IMG/VR virus record: IMGVR_UViG_3300038530_003085
Location: 96,001-160,000 of that record
Source of the DNA: a virus
Lineage: Duplodnaviria; Caudoviricetes
Strand: one strand, 5' to 3'
DNA length: 64,000 nucleotides
Both the position numbers and the translations under genes were made by a program. Numbering within the stretch: position 1 is the stretch's first letter; each line of letters begins with the position of its first letter. Shown here one piece after another: positions 27,669 to 35,897 of the stretch. Below the pieces are notes generated by a model. The model did not search any database and had not been told where the DNA came from. It saw nothing but the letters and a program-made list of their open reading frames with translations.

Positions 27669-28080
27669 TAAATACCTTATAAGCACCGTATGCACTCGCA
27701 GTTCCCACAGCAACACCTCCAGCAAACCACCACCATTTATATTTTGGTGCTGTTTTCTCTAGAGAGTTTACAAGTGCTTTTATTTCCTTGTCTTTCTCCA
27801 TTATAAACAAGTCGTATTCTTTTGTTAAAGCATTGTGTTCAATTTTTAAATTCTCTAATTTAAATTCGTATTCTTCTCTCAGTACTTTCAGTTCGTACTC
27901 TGTTTTTATCTCGCAGGAATATAATGCTATATCATAACTTGACAATACCTTTGCTATTGCATTTTCGTCAAACAAAACACCAGCAAAGGGTGCTGGGGCT
28001 TTATATTCTAATACGGTAAACTTCGCAGGCTCTGTGGCATTTGCGGCCATTGTTAGCAGAAATAATAATTTAAGGAACAT
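27658..28080 (-). CDS. Spanin-like partner: signal peptide, coiled coil and C-terminal hydrophobic helix
   Basis: MFLKLLFLLTMAANA|TEP; central heptads; C-terminal WWWFAGGVAVGTASAYGAY; overlaps the i-spanin-like gene. Confidence 0.55.
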   Translation of the reverse strand: MFLKLLFLLTMAANATEPAKFTVLEYKAPAPFAGVLFDENAIAKVLSSYDIALYSCEIKTEYELKVLREEYEFKLENLKIEHNALTKEYDLFIMEKDKEIKALVNSLEKTAPKYKWWWFAGGVAVGTASAYGAYKVFNEQ

Positions 28081-28453
28081 ACTCGATACCAAACTTAGAT
28101 TCTATATCTCTAATTAGTTCTTCTCTGTCACTATTAAACTTATTCTTGTATTTGCCAGCTTTATCTTGTCTTAGTTCATCTATCATATCAAGAGCATCTT
28201 CGTAGTCTTTTTCTATTTCGGCAATTGATTCAAGATGACTTTCCATTAGCAATTGTTTTTCTTTAATCTCTTGCTTGTGTATTTCTTTAAGACCTTCGAT
28301 TTGTGATTGTGCAGATTCTATTTGTGTCTTATATGTTTTCTGCATTAGATTGTAGTCATACCTCGTCTTAGCGACAACTACGATTGCTAATACAACTATT
28401 AGTATTTCTTTCCAGTGTGATATAACAAACTCTAAAATTTGTTTTCTAATCAT
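28070..28453 (-). CDS. i-spanin (Rz)-like protein
   Basis: N-terminal TM (WKEILIVVLAIVVVAK) followed by a long coiled coil; directly after the holin. Confidence 0.6.
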   Translation of the reverse strand: MIRKQILEFVISHWKEILIVVLAIVVVAKTRYDYNLMQKTYKTQIESAQSQIEGLKEIHKQEIKEKQLLMESHLESIAEIEKDYEDALDMIDELRQDKAGKYKNKFNSDREELIRDIESKFGIEYVP

Positions 28454-28643
28454 TGTAACCTCGCAATCTAGAGATGCCATCAATAATGGTTTGGCCCCCG
28501 ATATAGATTGCTGAAATAATCACCCAGTCTTCGCTAGTAACATGTCCTGCTAGTGTTAAGCCAGTTGCTGCCAGCCAAACCATTAATTTACGTGATGTAA
28601 GCTTAGCTAACCAAGTGTCTAAGAATGCTTGTGCTTTTACCAT
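28446..28643 (-). CDS. Holin-like small membrane protein
   Basis: 65 aa; KLTSRKL followed by two TM segments and YIGGQ..ID, the pattern of SRK-type small holins. Confidence 0.65.
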   Translation of the reverse strand: MVKAQAFLDTWLAKLTSRKLMVWLAATGLTLAGHVTSEDWVIISAIYIGGQTIIDGISRLRGYND

Positions 28644-28652
28644 ATTGAACCT

Positions 28653-29258
28653 TTAAGTTGTTTCAGTAGTTTCGCTTGGGGGTGTGGGGCTGGTGGTCGT
28701 GGTGATATCTGCTGGGTCTGGCAATTGACCTTTGATTGTCTCTGCCATTTTATTAACTGCTGCAGCTAAACCACCCATTGCAAGGGCAGATATAATTGCT
28801 GGTTGTTCAGCCATCTTTTTCATAACGTTAAATAGCAACTCAACATTTTCAGGTGTTAATTGTTCAAGTCCTTCTTCAAGTTTACTTTCATTGGCATCAC
28901 CAACATTTGCATAAAGTGCAGCTAAATAATCTTTTACTGGGCCATCTGTGCAGCCAACTTTTGAATTATCTTCTTTTTTATAAACACACTTTCCTTTAGA
29001 GTAATAACCTTCAGACAGTTGTTCACCCCTCATATAATTTAATACTGAACTAAGATAATCTTGCGACTTAGTAATCTTGGATTCAACCCACTCTTCAAGG
29101 TTTGTGTCGTCTCCAATCATATCTTGTAGCATCAGTGCAAGTTCTGCTGTTCTGCCAAGTTGGCTGCGAGCCATCGAACCTTCACCGTAGCCACCTTCGT
29201 TAAGAGAATCAATTTCCTCTTGTATAATTTGTTTAAGTTCGGAGATAGTAATTTTCAT
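28653..29258 (-). CDS. Leader-family modular protein (MKITISELKQIIQEE)
   Basis: Shared leader followed by modules separated by LNE, LSE and LEE. Confidence 0.7.
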   Translation of the reverse strand: MKITISELKQIIQEEIDSLNEGGYGEGSMARSQLGRTAELALMLQDMIGDDTNLEEWVESKITKSQDYLSSVLNYMRGEQLSEGYYSKGKCVYKKEDNSKVGCTDGPVKDYLAALYANVGDANESKLEEGLEQLTPENVELLFNVMKKMAEQPAIISALAMGGLAAAVNKMAETIKGQLPDPADITTTTSPTPPSETTETT

Positions 29259-29261
29259 TTT

Positions 29262-29570
29262 TTAAAATCCACCTATAGATGTCATCTTTGCATTGATCGC
29301 AGGATCTGTTAATTTAAATTCAGCAAACGATGCTCTGATAGATTCTTCATCCGCATCTCCGCCATACCATTGAACAAACTTTTCAGTTGCGTTTAAGCCT
29401 TCAAGAAACTTACCACCAAGTCCTGCTTGCTTGCAGATGCCCTCAAAGATCTCTGCTACAGAGGAATCATCTTCCTCAACCAAAACCTCGGTAACTTCTT
29501 CGGTAATTTCGTCTGTAACTGTTGAGGTTTTTCTAACTAAGGTAGTCCATAAATTTGTTAACCAGTTCAT
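29262..29570 (-). CDS. Hypothetical acidic protein with an amphipathic N-terminus (MNWLTNLW)
   Basis: AGGAG SD; translationally coupled to the upstream gene. Confidence 0.65.
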   Translation of the reverse strand: MNWLTNLWTTLVRKTSTVTDEITEEVTEVLVEEDDSSVAEIFEGICKQAGLGGKFLEGLNATEKFVQWYGGDADEESIRASFAEFKLTDPAINAKMTSIGGF

Positions 29571-29827
29571 TTAATTTCTCCTACTTTTTTTAATGCTTCA
29601 ACAAAAGCTTCTAAGTTGGCAACTCTGGTAGCAACTGCATTAAAGTCACCTCTTTGCGCTGCTTGCATAGCATCTTCTAGATTTTCCATAATACCTCTTT
29701 TGACGCCCTTTACGCTTCTAACTCCGCCACCGGGAACTTCTACATCCGGGCTACGTGTTTGGCCGCGAACATAATCTCTCAATTCTTCATCAATAATTTC
29801 TTTGAGTATTTGCTTTGTGATTTTCAT
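29567..29827 (-). CDS. Leader-family protein (MKITKQILKEIIDEE)
   Basis: GAGG SD; late motif at 29858-29865; shared leader. Confidence 0.7.
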   Translation of the reverse strand: MKITKQILKEIIDEELRDYVRGQTRSPDVEVPGGGVRSVKGVKRGIMENLEDAMQAAQRGDFNAVATRVANLEAFVEALKKVGEIK

Positions 29828-29857
29828 AGTATATTCCTCTATATGAGTTACTAACAC

Positions 29858-29865
29858 TAAATAGT
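29858..29865 (-). promoter_or_regulatory. Putative late promoter ACTATTTA
   Basis: Exact motif in the intergenic gap; heads the transcript through the lysis, terminase and portal genes. Confidence 0.65.
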
Positions 29866-29882
29866 TTAATTTAAAGTAAAAA

Positions 29883-30530
29883 CTAATTTTCAGATGTGGC
29901 CCATATTATATTTTTAAACTTCTCTGGCTGTAAACCATAGTAGTTAGTTTTCCACTCTGACTGCTCAAAAAAATCTAAATTAATCCAATCATCTCTAAAC
30001 TGCCAAAGTTTTTCTGCCTCCTCATCCCAATTTTTACTTAAAACAAAAGATTCAATTTCTTGTTTTTTAGCTTGCACAGTATCGTAGTCAAACCCATCCC
30101 ACTCATAGTGAAAAACCTCGAAGACACGACCAGAACGATCAACATAATCTATACTAACATCTATTCCCCACTTTGGTTGCATATTGATAACTTTCCAAAG
30201 CATTGGGTTAATGCCAGAATATTTTACTAATTGTTTAACTGCATCACCAGAAAATGCTTTTCTTTCAAATAACTCGCAGTGATTAAAATGTGCGCCTGTA
30301 TTCTTATCCCACTCCATCCACGGTTTATGAATTACCCAATCTTGCCTTCGTAGATTTATATCATAGTCTGATATATTTGCATATGCTCGCTCAACTTCTG
30401 TCAAGTGATAACCATTCTGATCAAACAGAGCAGTGCAGTTGCGATTTAATAATATATCAGGATTTGCTATGGGTTTTGTCCAAAAACCATCTGTGTCAAA
30501 CAAAGATTCTAGAACAACTATTTCACTCAT
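29883..30530 (-). CDS. Hypothetical aromatic-rich globular protein
   Basis: 215-aa ORF, W/F/D-rich (LFDQNGYHLT, PKWGIDVSIDY, EVFHYEWD). Confidence 0.75.
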   Translation of the reverse strand: MSEIVVLESLFDTDGFWTKPIANPDILLNRNCTALFDQNGYHLTEVERAYANISDYDINLRRQDWVIHKPWMEWDKNTGAHFNHCELFERKAFSGDAVKQLVKYSGINPMLWKVINMQPKWGIDVSIDYVDRSGRVFEVFHYEWDGFDYDTVQAKKQEIESFVLSKNWDEEAEKLWQFRDDWINLDFFEQSEWKTNYYGLQPEKFKNIIWATSEN

Positions 30531-30536
30531 CTTAAT

Positions 30537-30776
30537 TCAGTTGGCCAAGTCTCGTTTAGCGCTATCCATTTCATCCTTGTGACGCTCAAGCCAGCGCTCA
30601 GCTTCTTCATCAGAAAGATCAGTAGTTAAACTCTTTAGTGTTTCCTTGGCGCTTTTTCCTGTTTTCATCATTTTTTTAACGACAAGCTGGGCTGAATGTG
30701 GTACTGCGCGCTCATCAAGTGTGGCTTCCAATTCCTCTTTAATAATCTGCTTAAGTTGTTGTTTTGTAATCTTCAT
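30537..30776 (-). CDS. Leader-family protein (MKITKQQLKQIIKEE)
   Basis: Shared leader followed by LDE. Confidence 0.7.
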   Translation of the reverse strand: MKITKQQLKQIIKEELEATLDERAVPHSAQLVVKKMMKTGKSAKETLKSLTTDLSDEEAERWLERHKDEMDSAKRDLAN

Positions 30777-30814
30777 GTTGCTAATCCATTCATACTATAA
30801 TTGTTTTCAAATCT

Positions 30815-31078
30815 TCAATTTTTTGAGTAGACACCTTCAAGCGCATCATAATAAGGATCCAACTTCTTATTGTTCATGGCAGCATCAATCTGATCATCGC
30901 TTAACTGTGGAAATTGTTGCTTAACCGCATTGTGAAGATCTGTATTATCCATGTCATCAAAGGGAGAGTCTTTGATGATCTTAATGATTGCATCAACCAA
31001 TGATTCTTTTAAAACCTCTGTCTTCTCTTCCATAAAATAACGAGGATCAAATCTTTTTGTGTTTTTATGTCTAGCCAT
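30815..31078 (-). CDS. Small hypothetical protein (MARHKNTKRFDPRYF...)
   Basis: AGGAG SD; basic N-terminus, then LKE and a helical domain. Confidence 0.7.
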   Translation of the reverse strand: MARHKNTKRFDPRYFMEEKTEVLKESLVDAIIKIIKDSPFDDMDNTDLHNAVKQQFPQLSDDQIDAAMNNKKLDPYYDALEGVYSKN

Positions 31079-31087
31079 TATAATCTC

Positions 31088-32224
31088 CTATGTTGCCAAT
31101 CCATTCATACTTAGTATCGCAATCAAACCGGGCACATTTTTTCTGACATAAACACCAGAGAAAAGTGTCTCACATCGACCGCCGACATAAGCGATTGCCG
31201 ACTCAATATTTTTGCTAACTCTTGGGTCAGCTACCATCTCTTCTGATACAACCAGCACCAATGATCCTGCTGCAGCCTTACCTTTGGGTGGAGGACAGGC
31301 AGAACGATTCATGCAGTTATGGAGGATCACCGATCCAAGCTTTCCAGTATTTGGATCTTTAATCATAGTTGAGCCCATGAAGGCACGACCGTCATTGCCC
31401 AGACAAGTTTCTAAGTCCTTACTATCAAAAGACTGGATCGGTGAATCCTCATTGGAGAGTTTCAAAACTTGGGCTAATGACTTTGCAAATTGTGTGTTGG
31501 CGACCGGATACATACCCAGCATACCAATTCTACCACGAAGTAATCTTGTTGCTCGTTCGTTATCAAGAATGATGTGTGGATGTCTTGACACATCATTCGC
31601 AAGAGTGAGAGCATTTCTAGCTATTGTGGGGTTGAGATTTTCTTGTGCTGTTGGCCAAGATGTGACATACACTACTTGCCCAGAAGCTTGAACAGAGCGA
31701 AGGTACCGCTCAAACACAGGATGAAGAGCAGTGACAGAACTACCGGTCCCACCGCCACCGCCAGCAAGGACGAATAACCAATCAACTTTACCAAGTTTGA
31801 TGCGCAGAGCATCTTCAACAATCGCTCCATTTTGTGTTAATACCTCTTTTCCATATTCTACATTTTTGCCAATACCGTCGGCATCGGGAATGAGGACAAC
31901 GTGATCCTCTTCAACATTCTTAGGAATGTCTTTGCCTGTTGTATTAACAAGCAATGTTTTGTTAAAGCCAAGCTCAATAAAAGCGTTAGCCATTTTGTTG
32001 CCTCCACCGCCGACGCCAACAAAGCCCACATTAATTGAAGAAGGAGCGGTATTTTCTGGGAGTAAATCTTCATCAGAGTATTCCATCTGTAATCCAAAAT
32101 CTTCGACCATTCCGAAATCCTCAGCATCAACTTCTTCGTGATAGTGGTCTTTCTCCTGATTAAAGGAGGGTGGTGGTTCCGCGGGAGGCAGAAAATCAAA
32201 TTCGTTGTTATCGTTGTTAGACAT
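31088..32224 (-). CDS. Tubulin/FtsZ-family GTPase (PhuZ/TubZ-like)
   Basis: T1 loop VGVGGGGNK, LVNTT..D, G.GK, tubulin signature AGGGGGTGSS, ILDNE, T7-like loop SFDSKDL. Confidence 0.9.
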   Translation of the reverse strand: MSNNDNNEFDFLPPAEPPPSFNQEKDHYHEEVDAEDFGMVEDFGLQMEYSDEDLLPENTAPSSINVGFVGVGGGGNKMANAFIELGFNKTLLVNTTGKDIPKNVEEDHVVLIPDADGIGKNVEYGKEVLTQNGAIVEDALRIKLGKVDWLFVLAGGGGGTGSSVTALHPVFERYLRSVQASGQVVYVTSWPTAQENLNPTIARNALTLANDVSRHPHIILDNERATRLLRGRIGMLGMYPVANTQFAKSLAQVLKLSNEDSPIQSFDSKDLETCLGNDGRAFMGSTMIKDPNTGKLGSVILHNCMNRSACPPPKGKAAAGSLVLVVSEEMVADPRVSKNIESAIAYVGGRCETLFSGVYVRKNVPGLIAILSMNGLAT

Positions 32225-32577
32225 TATTTATATGTATCCTTAATTACTGCAGCCATCTTATCACCATATCGTGTGTATGGTTGATCAGCCGTAAGCTGTG
32301 ATAGCAAGTCTTGTGCTTCTGTATCTGAGTATGTAGAGAAAGCAGCACGAATGACATCTTCAGCATATCTTCTTTTTATTTTCTCATTACCTATATCCAA
32401 TTTAGAATATAAATTTTTTAGAGGCTTTAAAACCATTTTTACATATTCAGGATTATCAAATGCTTTTGCTAAGTTAAAAACTTCTTGTCGAAATTCTCTC
32501 TGAGATAATCTTTCAGTTAGAACTGATTCTAACTCTTCTTTGATGACTTGCTTAAGTTCTGACCTTTTCATTTTCAT
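32224..32577 (-). CDS. Leader-family protein (MKMKRSELKQVIKEE)
   Basis: Shared leader followed by LTE. Confidence 0.7.
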   Translation of the reverse strand: MKMKRSELKQVIKEELESVLTERLSQREFRQEVFNLAKAFDNPEYVKMVLKPLKNLYSKLDIGNEKIKRRYAEDVIRAAFSTYSDTEAQDLLSQLTADQPYTRYGDKMAAVIKDTYK

Positions 32578-35500
32578 TATTGGTTAACCTTTGCATATCC
32601 TGCTTTTTTATCAATCACGATTTGCATATCAACACAATCTTTGAGCGAATCAAGGTGCGAGATTAACAAAACATTCTTGAAATATACCTTAATTAGTTCC
32701 AAAATCTGAATAAAACCCGACATATTGTCTTCGTCCAATGCTGTACCCGGCTCATCAAGGATAAATAAGTCTGACTTTGGCAGAGATGAAACTCCCAACA
32801 ATGCTAAGCGGATAGCCATTGCTGACAGTGATTTTTCAGCGCCAGATGCCATTTCAATGGGTCGCTCTTCATACTTTGGATGCTTGATATTGATATCAAA
32901 CTTATTACCTGCAGCTTCAAAGAATACTTCAAAGTCAACAATATTAGCAAGCACCTTCGCAATCTCTTCGTTGATTACTGGTATCTTCTTCTTAATAACA
33001 TCGTAAGCGATACCATTTGGGTGCATACATTGCATAAACAGGTCATACGCAGCAAACTCGGTCTGTAGATCTTGGTATTCCTGCTTTTGTTCTTTAATAG
33101 TTTCAATCTTTTGTTCGTATGAACCAACAGACTTGACAAGCTCAAGTGTGGCAGCATCACAGGTATCAATCTTCTTTTGTGTTTGTTCAATCTTATAATG
33201 ACACTTGTTTAGCTGAGTTACCAACACTTCAAGGTTTTCAATTGCTTCCTTGTTTTCTTCATACTCGTCACGCTTGGTACGTAATTCTTTTAGCTTATCT
33301 TCCAAAGACAGGACAGAGTTTTTGTTTCTTTCAATCTCAAGATTTAAATCAGCAATCTCTGATGATACGGTGTGTTTGTTGGACTCTATCTTATTATACC
33401 GTTCAAATTGTATTTCTACATCAGCAGGATTTAGACTTTTAATTTCTTCCGTGATTATATTAATTGTTTGTAATGTGTCAGCTTGTTGAGATTCAACATC
33501 AGCTTTTCTGCTAACGGCTGATTGTGCTTCTTTGACAAACTCATTACTAGAACAATATTTACAATCAGGATCATATTCATGATCGTGCAACAAACTCTCT
33601 TTCTTTAAAATATAGTTGTGTTCTTCAATTAATTTGTCGAGATTGTCCTCCTGAGTTTTTAGTTGTTCTTTATACTGATTAATTTGTTGTCGCTGTGTTT
33701 CAAATTTTTGCAAATCAAACTCATCGAGAAAACTTACAATTTTCTTATACACACCTTGTTTTGTTTTTAAAGTATCAGCAAATTTGTCATTCTCAAGATT
33801 GTGTTTGGTTATTTCATTTTCTTTTAATCTAATTTCTTTGTTAACTGCCGAGATGTCAATAATTTCAGCAGGTATGGAATCAATCTTAGACTCAATCTCA
33901 TTTTTAACATCAGTCAACTCTACAACTGCTTCTTTCAAGGCAGTGCAGACCGACTTATGTTCACTCATCTGCTGTCTAGCTTCGATGAGTGATGCGTTCA
34001 CAGCATCAAGTTCATCGTCATAGTTTTTACTTTCGAGTCTCTTGAGAGCGCCCTTAAGATCAACTGAATCTTCCTTGGCTAACTTAAACTTGCGATCAAA
34101 CAACTCAAGATCAAGAAACTTAGCTATAATCTCTTTACGACGAGTTGAACCTTCATCAATAAATGCCAAAGCACCGTGCTGTGATGATAAAGATGAAACT
34201 GCAAAGTCATCAAGTGTACCAAACTGTTTTCGTATGTTGGCATCGGTGAGTGTTCTTGTGAGACCATTTAAAGATGTAGTTTCATCCATAACTGGGTCAT
34301 ACACTTCAAAGTTCAACTCCGTCTTAGCCTCTAGTGTCTCTTCACCTTTCAGCCTTTTGATGTACTTCTTAGCTTTTCGTTCGACTGTATAGACCAAATC
34401 ATTAATCTGTATTGTTACCTTTCCGCGACAATCTTCTTTGTTCTGGTTAATAACATTCAAGTTCTTTCGTTCATTCTTGGATGTTGTATTAAATAGTGTC
34501 CACAGGATACCATCAATAATACTACTCTTACCAGAAAAGTTTTTACCAAAGATTCCAATAATGCCACTTAGCTCTTCAAAGCTAACATTATTACCATCCC
34601 CGTAATTAAACAGATTGTCAAACTCAAAGTCAACAAGTTTCCAGTTAATATTTCTCGATACATCTTCATTGTCCTCAACAATTTTATTATACTTCTTATT
34701 TAGTTCGTAAACTTTCTCAAGTGTAGTTTCTGCTACTTCGTAATCGACCAAATATTCATCGATTAGTTCTTCTTGTACTTTGATATCCCGCAGATTTTCA
34801 GTTTGCAGACCATCAGTTAGTGCCTCAACAGATCCCCGCTCACCAGATGCACGATTTAAAAATGATATTGTTTCTGGCTTAAAACGATGCTTTGCTACGT
34901 CAACTGCTCTCTTCATAGCATCGAGCGGTAAATTATTATTGCTAACGAGACGGAGACGAGCACCAAGCGGAATAGAAATATTCTTTGGCATTCGTCCCTT
35001 GCGTGTAAGCTCGATAGTAATAAATGGCTTTGGGTTAGTAAGCGAGACGTGCCTTGTTGTCCAAGTATTTTTATCTTGGATATCCCAAATAAGATAACCC
35101 TTATCATTTGACTCGCCATGATTCTGTTGCACAAGTGAGCCCGGGTATCGTGCTCGACCATCATTGTCAACTTTTTGATCTGTCTTGTGAATATCACCCA
35201 GCATTGCATAATCATACTTCTCAAGCTCTTCGAGTGATATGTCACCGTGCGTCATCATCCAGCCACTATCAGTCACTGAACCTACGACGGAACCATGGTA
35301 CAACGCAATATTAACTCGATCATCCGGCAGTTCTTTTTGCCAATTCTCTGGATCAACTATTGATAGTACGTGCAAGTCAATACCGGGTGCAACCTCAACT
35401 ACTGATGCGTATTTATGAAAGTGAATATTTGGGTGCTCTAGATAATCAACAATCGGAGATATAGCATCTAGCCGACCACTATTCTTGAGGTTCATATCGT

Positions 35501-35744
35501 GATTGCCAAGAATCATATGATATGGTGCGATATCTGCCAAACCAACAAATAACTCACTCATCATCCTAATTGCTTCAGGGCTTAAATCTAACTTTGTATG
35601 AAACGTATCACCGGTGTTAACGATAATATCAGGCTTTTCTTCTCTTAGCTTTTCATAAAGCTGTTCAAATACGGCTCGATATTCTTTGTGGTATTTAAGT
35701 TTTCGCACATGAATATCAGAGACGTGTGCTATTTTAATGCTCAC
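32577..35744 (-). CDS. Fused Mre11-Rad50 (SbcD-SbcC, T4 gp47-gp46) recombination nuclease/ATPase
   Basis: Phosphoesterase motifs SDIH, GD, GNHD, HG, GDIH, YPGS; Walker A GKNFSGKSS; coiled coil with CKYC hook; signature ASGAE; Walker B FILDEP; ISH. GTG start at 35744 after an AGGAG SD. Confidence 0.93.
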   Translation of the reverse strand: MSIKIAHVSDIHVRKLKYHKEYRAVFEQLYEKLREEKPDIIVNTGDTFHTKLDLSPEAIRMMSELFVGLADIAPYHMILGNHDMNLKNSGRLDAISPIVDYLEHPNIHFHKYASVVEVAPGIDLHVLSIVDPENWQKELPDDRVNIALYHGSVVGSVTDSGWMMTHGDISLEELEKYDYAMLGDIHKTDQKVDNDGRARYPGSLVQQNHGESNDKGYLIWDIQDKNTWTTRHVSLTNPKPFITIELTRKGRMPKNISIPLGARLRLVSNNNLPLDAMKRAVDVAKHRFKPETISFLNRASGERGSVEALTDGLQTENLRDIKVQEELIDEYLVDYEVAETTLEKVYELNKKYNKIVEDNEDVSRNINWKLVDFEFDNLFNYGDGNNVSFEELSGIIGIFGKNFSGKSSIIDGILWTLFNTTSKNERKNLNVINQNKEDCRGKVTIQINDLVYTVERKAKKYIKRLKGEETLEAKTELNFEVYDPVMDETTSLNGLTRTLTDANIRKQFGTLDDFAVSSLSSQHGALAFIDEGSTRRKEIIAKFLDLELFDRKFKLAKEDSVDLKGALKRLESKNYDDELDAVNASLIEARQQMSEHKSVCTALKEAVVELTDVKNEIESKIDSIPAEIIDISAVNKEIRLKENEITKHNLENDKFADTLKTKQGVYKKIVSFLDEFDLQKFETQRQQINQYKEQLKTQEDNLDKLIEEHNYILKKESLLHDHEYDPDCKYCSSNEFVKEAQSAVSRKADVESQQADTLQTINIITEEIKSLNPADVEIQFERYNKIESNKHTVSSEIADLNLEIERNKNSVLSLEDKLKELRTKRDEYEENKEAIENLEVLVTQLNKCHYKIEQTQKKIDTCDAATLELVKSVGSYEQKIETIKEQKQEYQDLQTEFAAYDLFMQCMHPNGIAYDVIKKKIPVINEEIAKVLANIVDFEVFFEAAGNKFDINIKHPKYEERPIEMASGAEKSLSAMAIRLALLGVSSLPKSDLFILDEPGTALDEDNMSGFIQILELIKVYFKNVLLISHLDSLKDCVDMQIVIDKKAGYAKVNQ

Positions 35745-35752
35745 AAACTCTC

Positions 35753-35848
35753 CTAGTTTAACATCATCCAAAAGAGAGCACTGAAACCATACCATGAGGT
35801 ATAAATGAAGATCGCTTTTACAAGTGTATCAATGATAAAACTAAACAT
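35753..35848 (-). CDS. Unannotated 31-aa hydrophobic peptide MFSFIIDTLVKAIFIYTSWYGFSALFWMMLN
   Basis: GGAGG SD; first ORF after a consensus sigma70 promoter; its TAG overlaps the SD of the Mre11-Rad50 gene. Confidence 0.65.
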   Translation of the reverse strand: MFSFIIDTLVKAIFIYTSWYGFSALFWMMLN

Positions 35849-35868
35849 ATGTGCCCTCCAATATATAT

Positions 35869-35897
35869 ACTATATCACTGCACTAGCAAGCTGTCAA
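35869..35897 (-). promoter_or_regulatory. Consensus sigma70 early promoter TTGACA-17-TATAGT (with TGn extension)
   Basis: Minus strand TTGACA gcttgctagtgcagTGa TATAGT; 17-nt spacer counted. Confidence 0.85.

Noticed and set aside
31088-32224. Calling this a nucleus-forming (chimallin) phage because of the tubulin
   Set aside because: The head and tail genes are T4-type and no chimallin-like gene is recognisable in this window.
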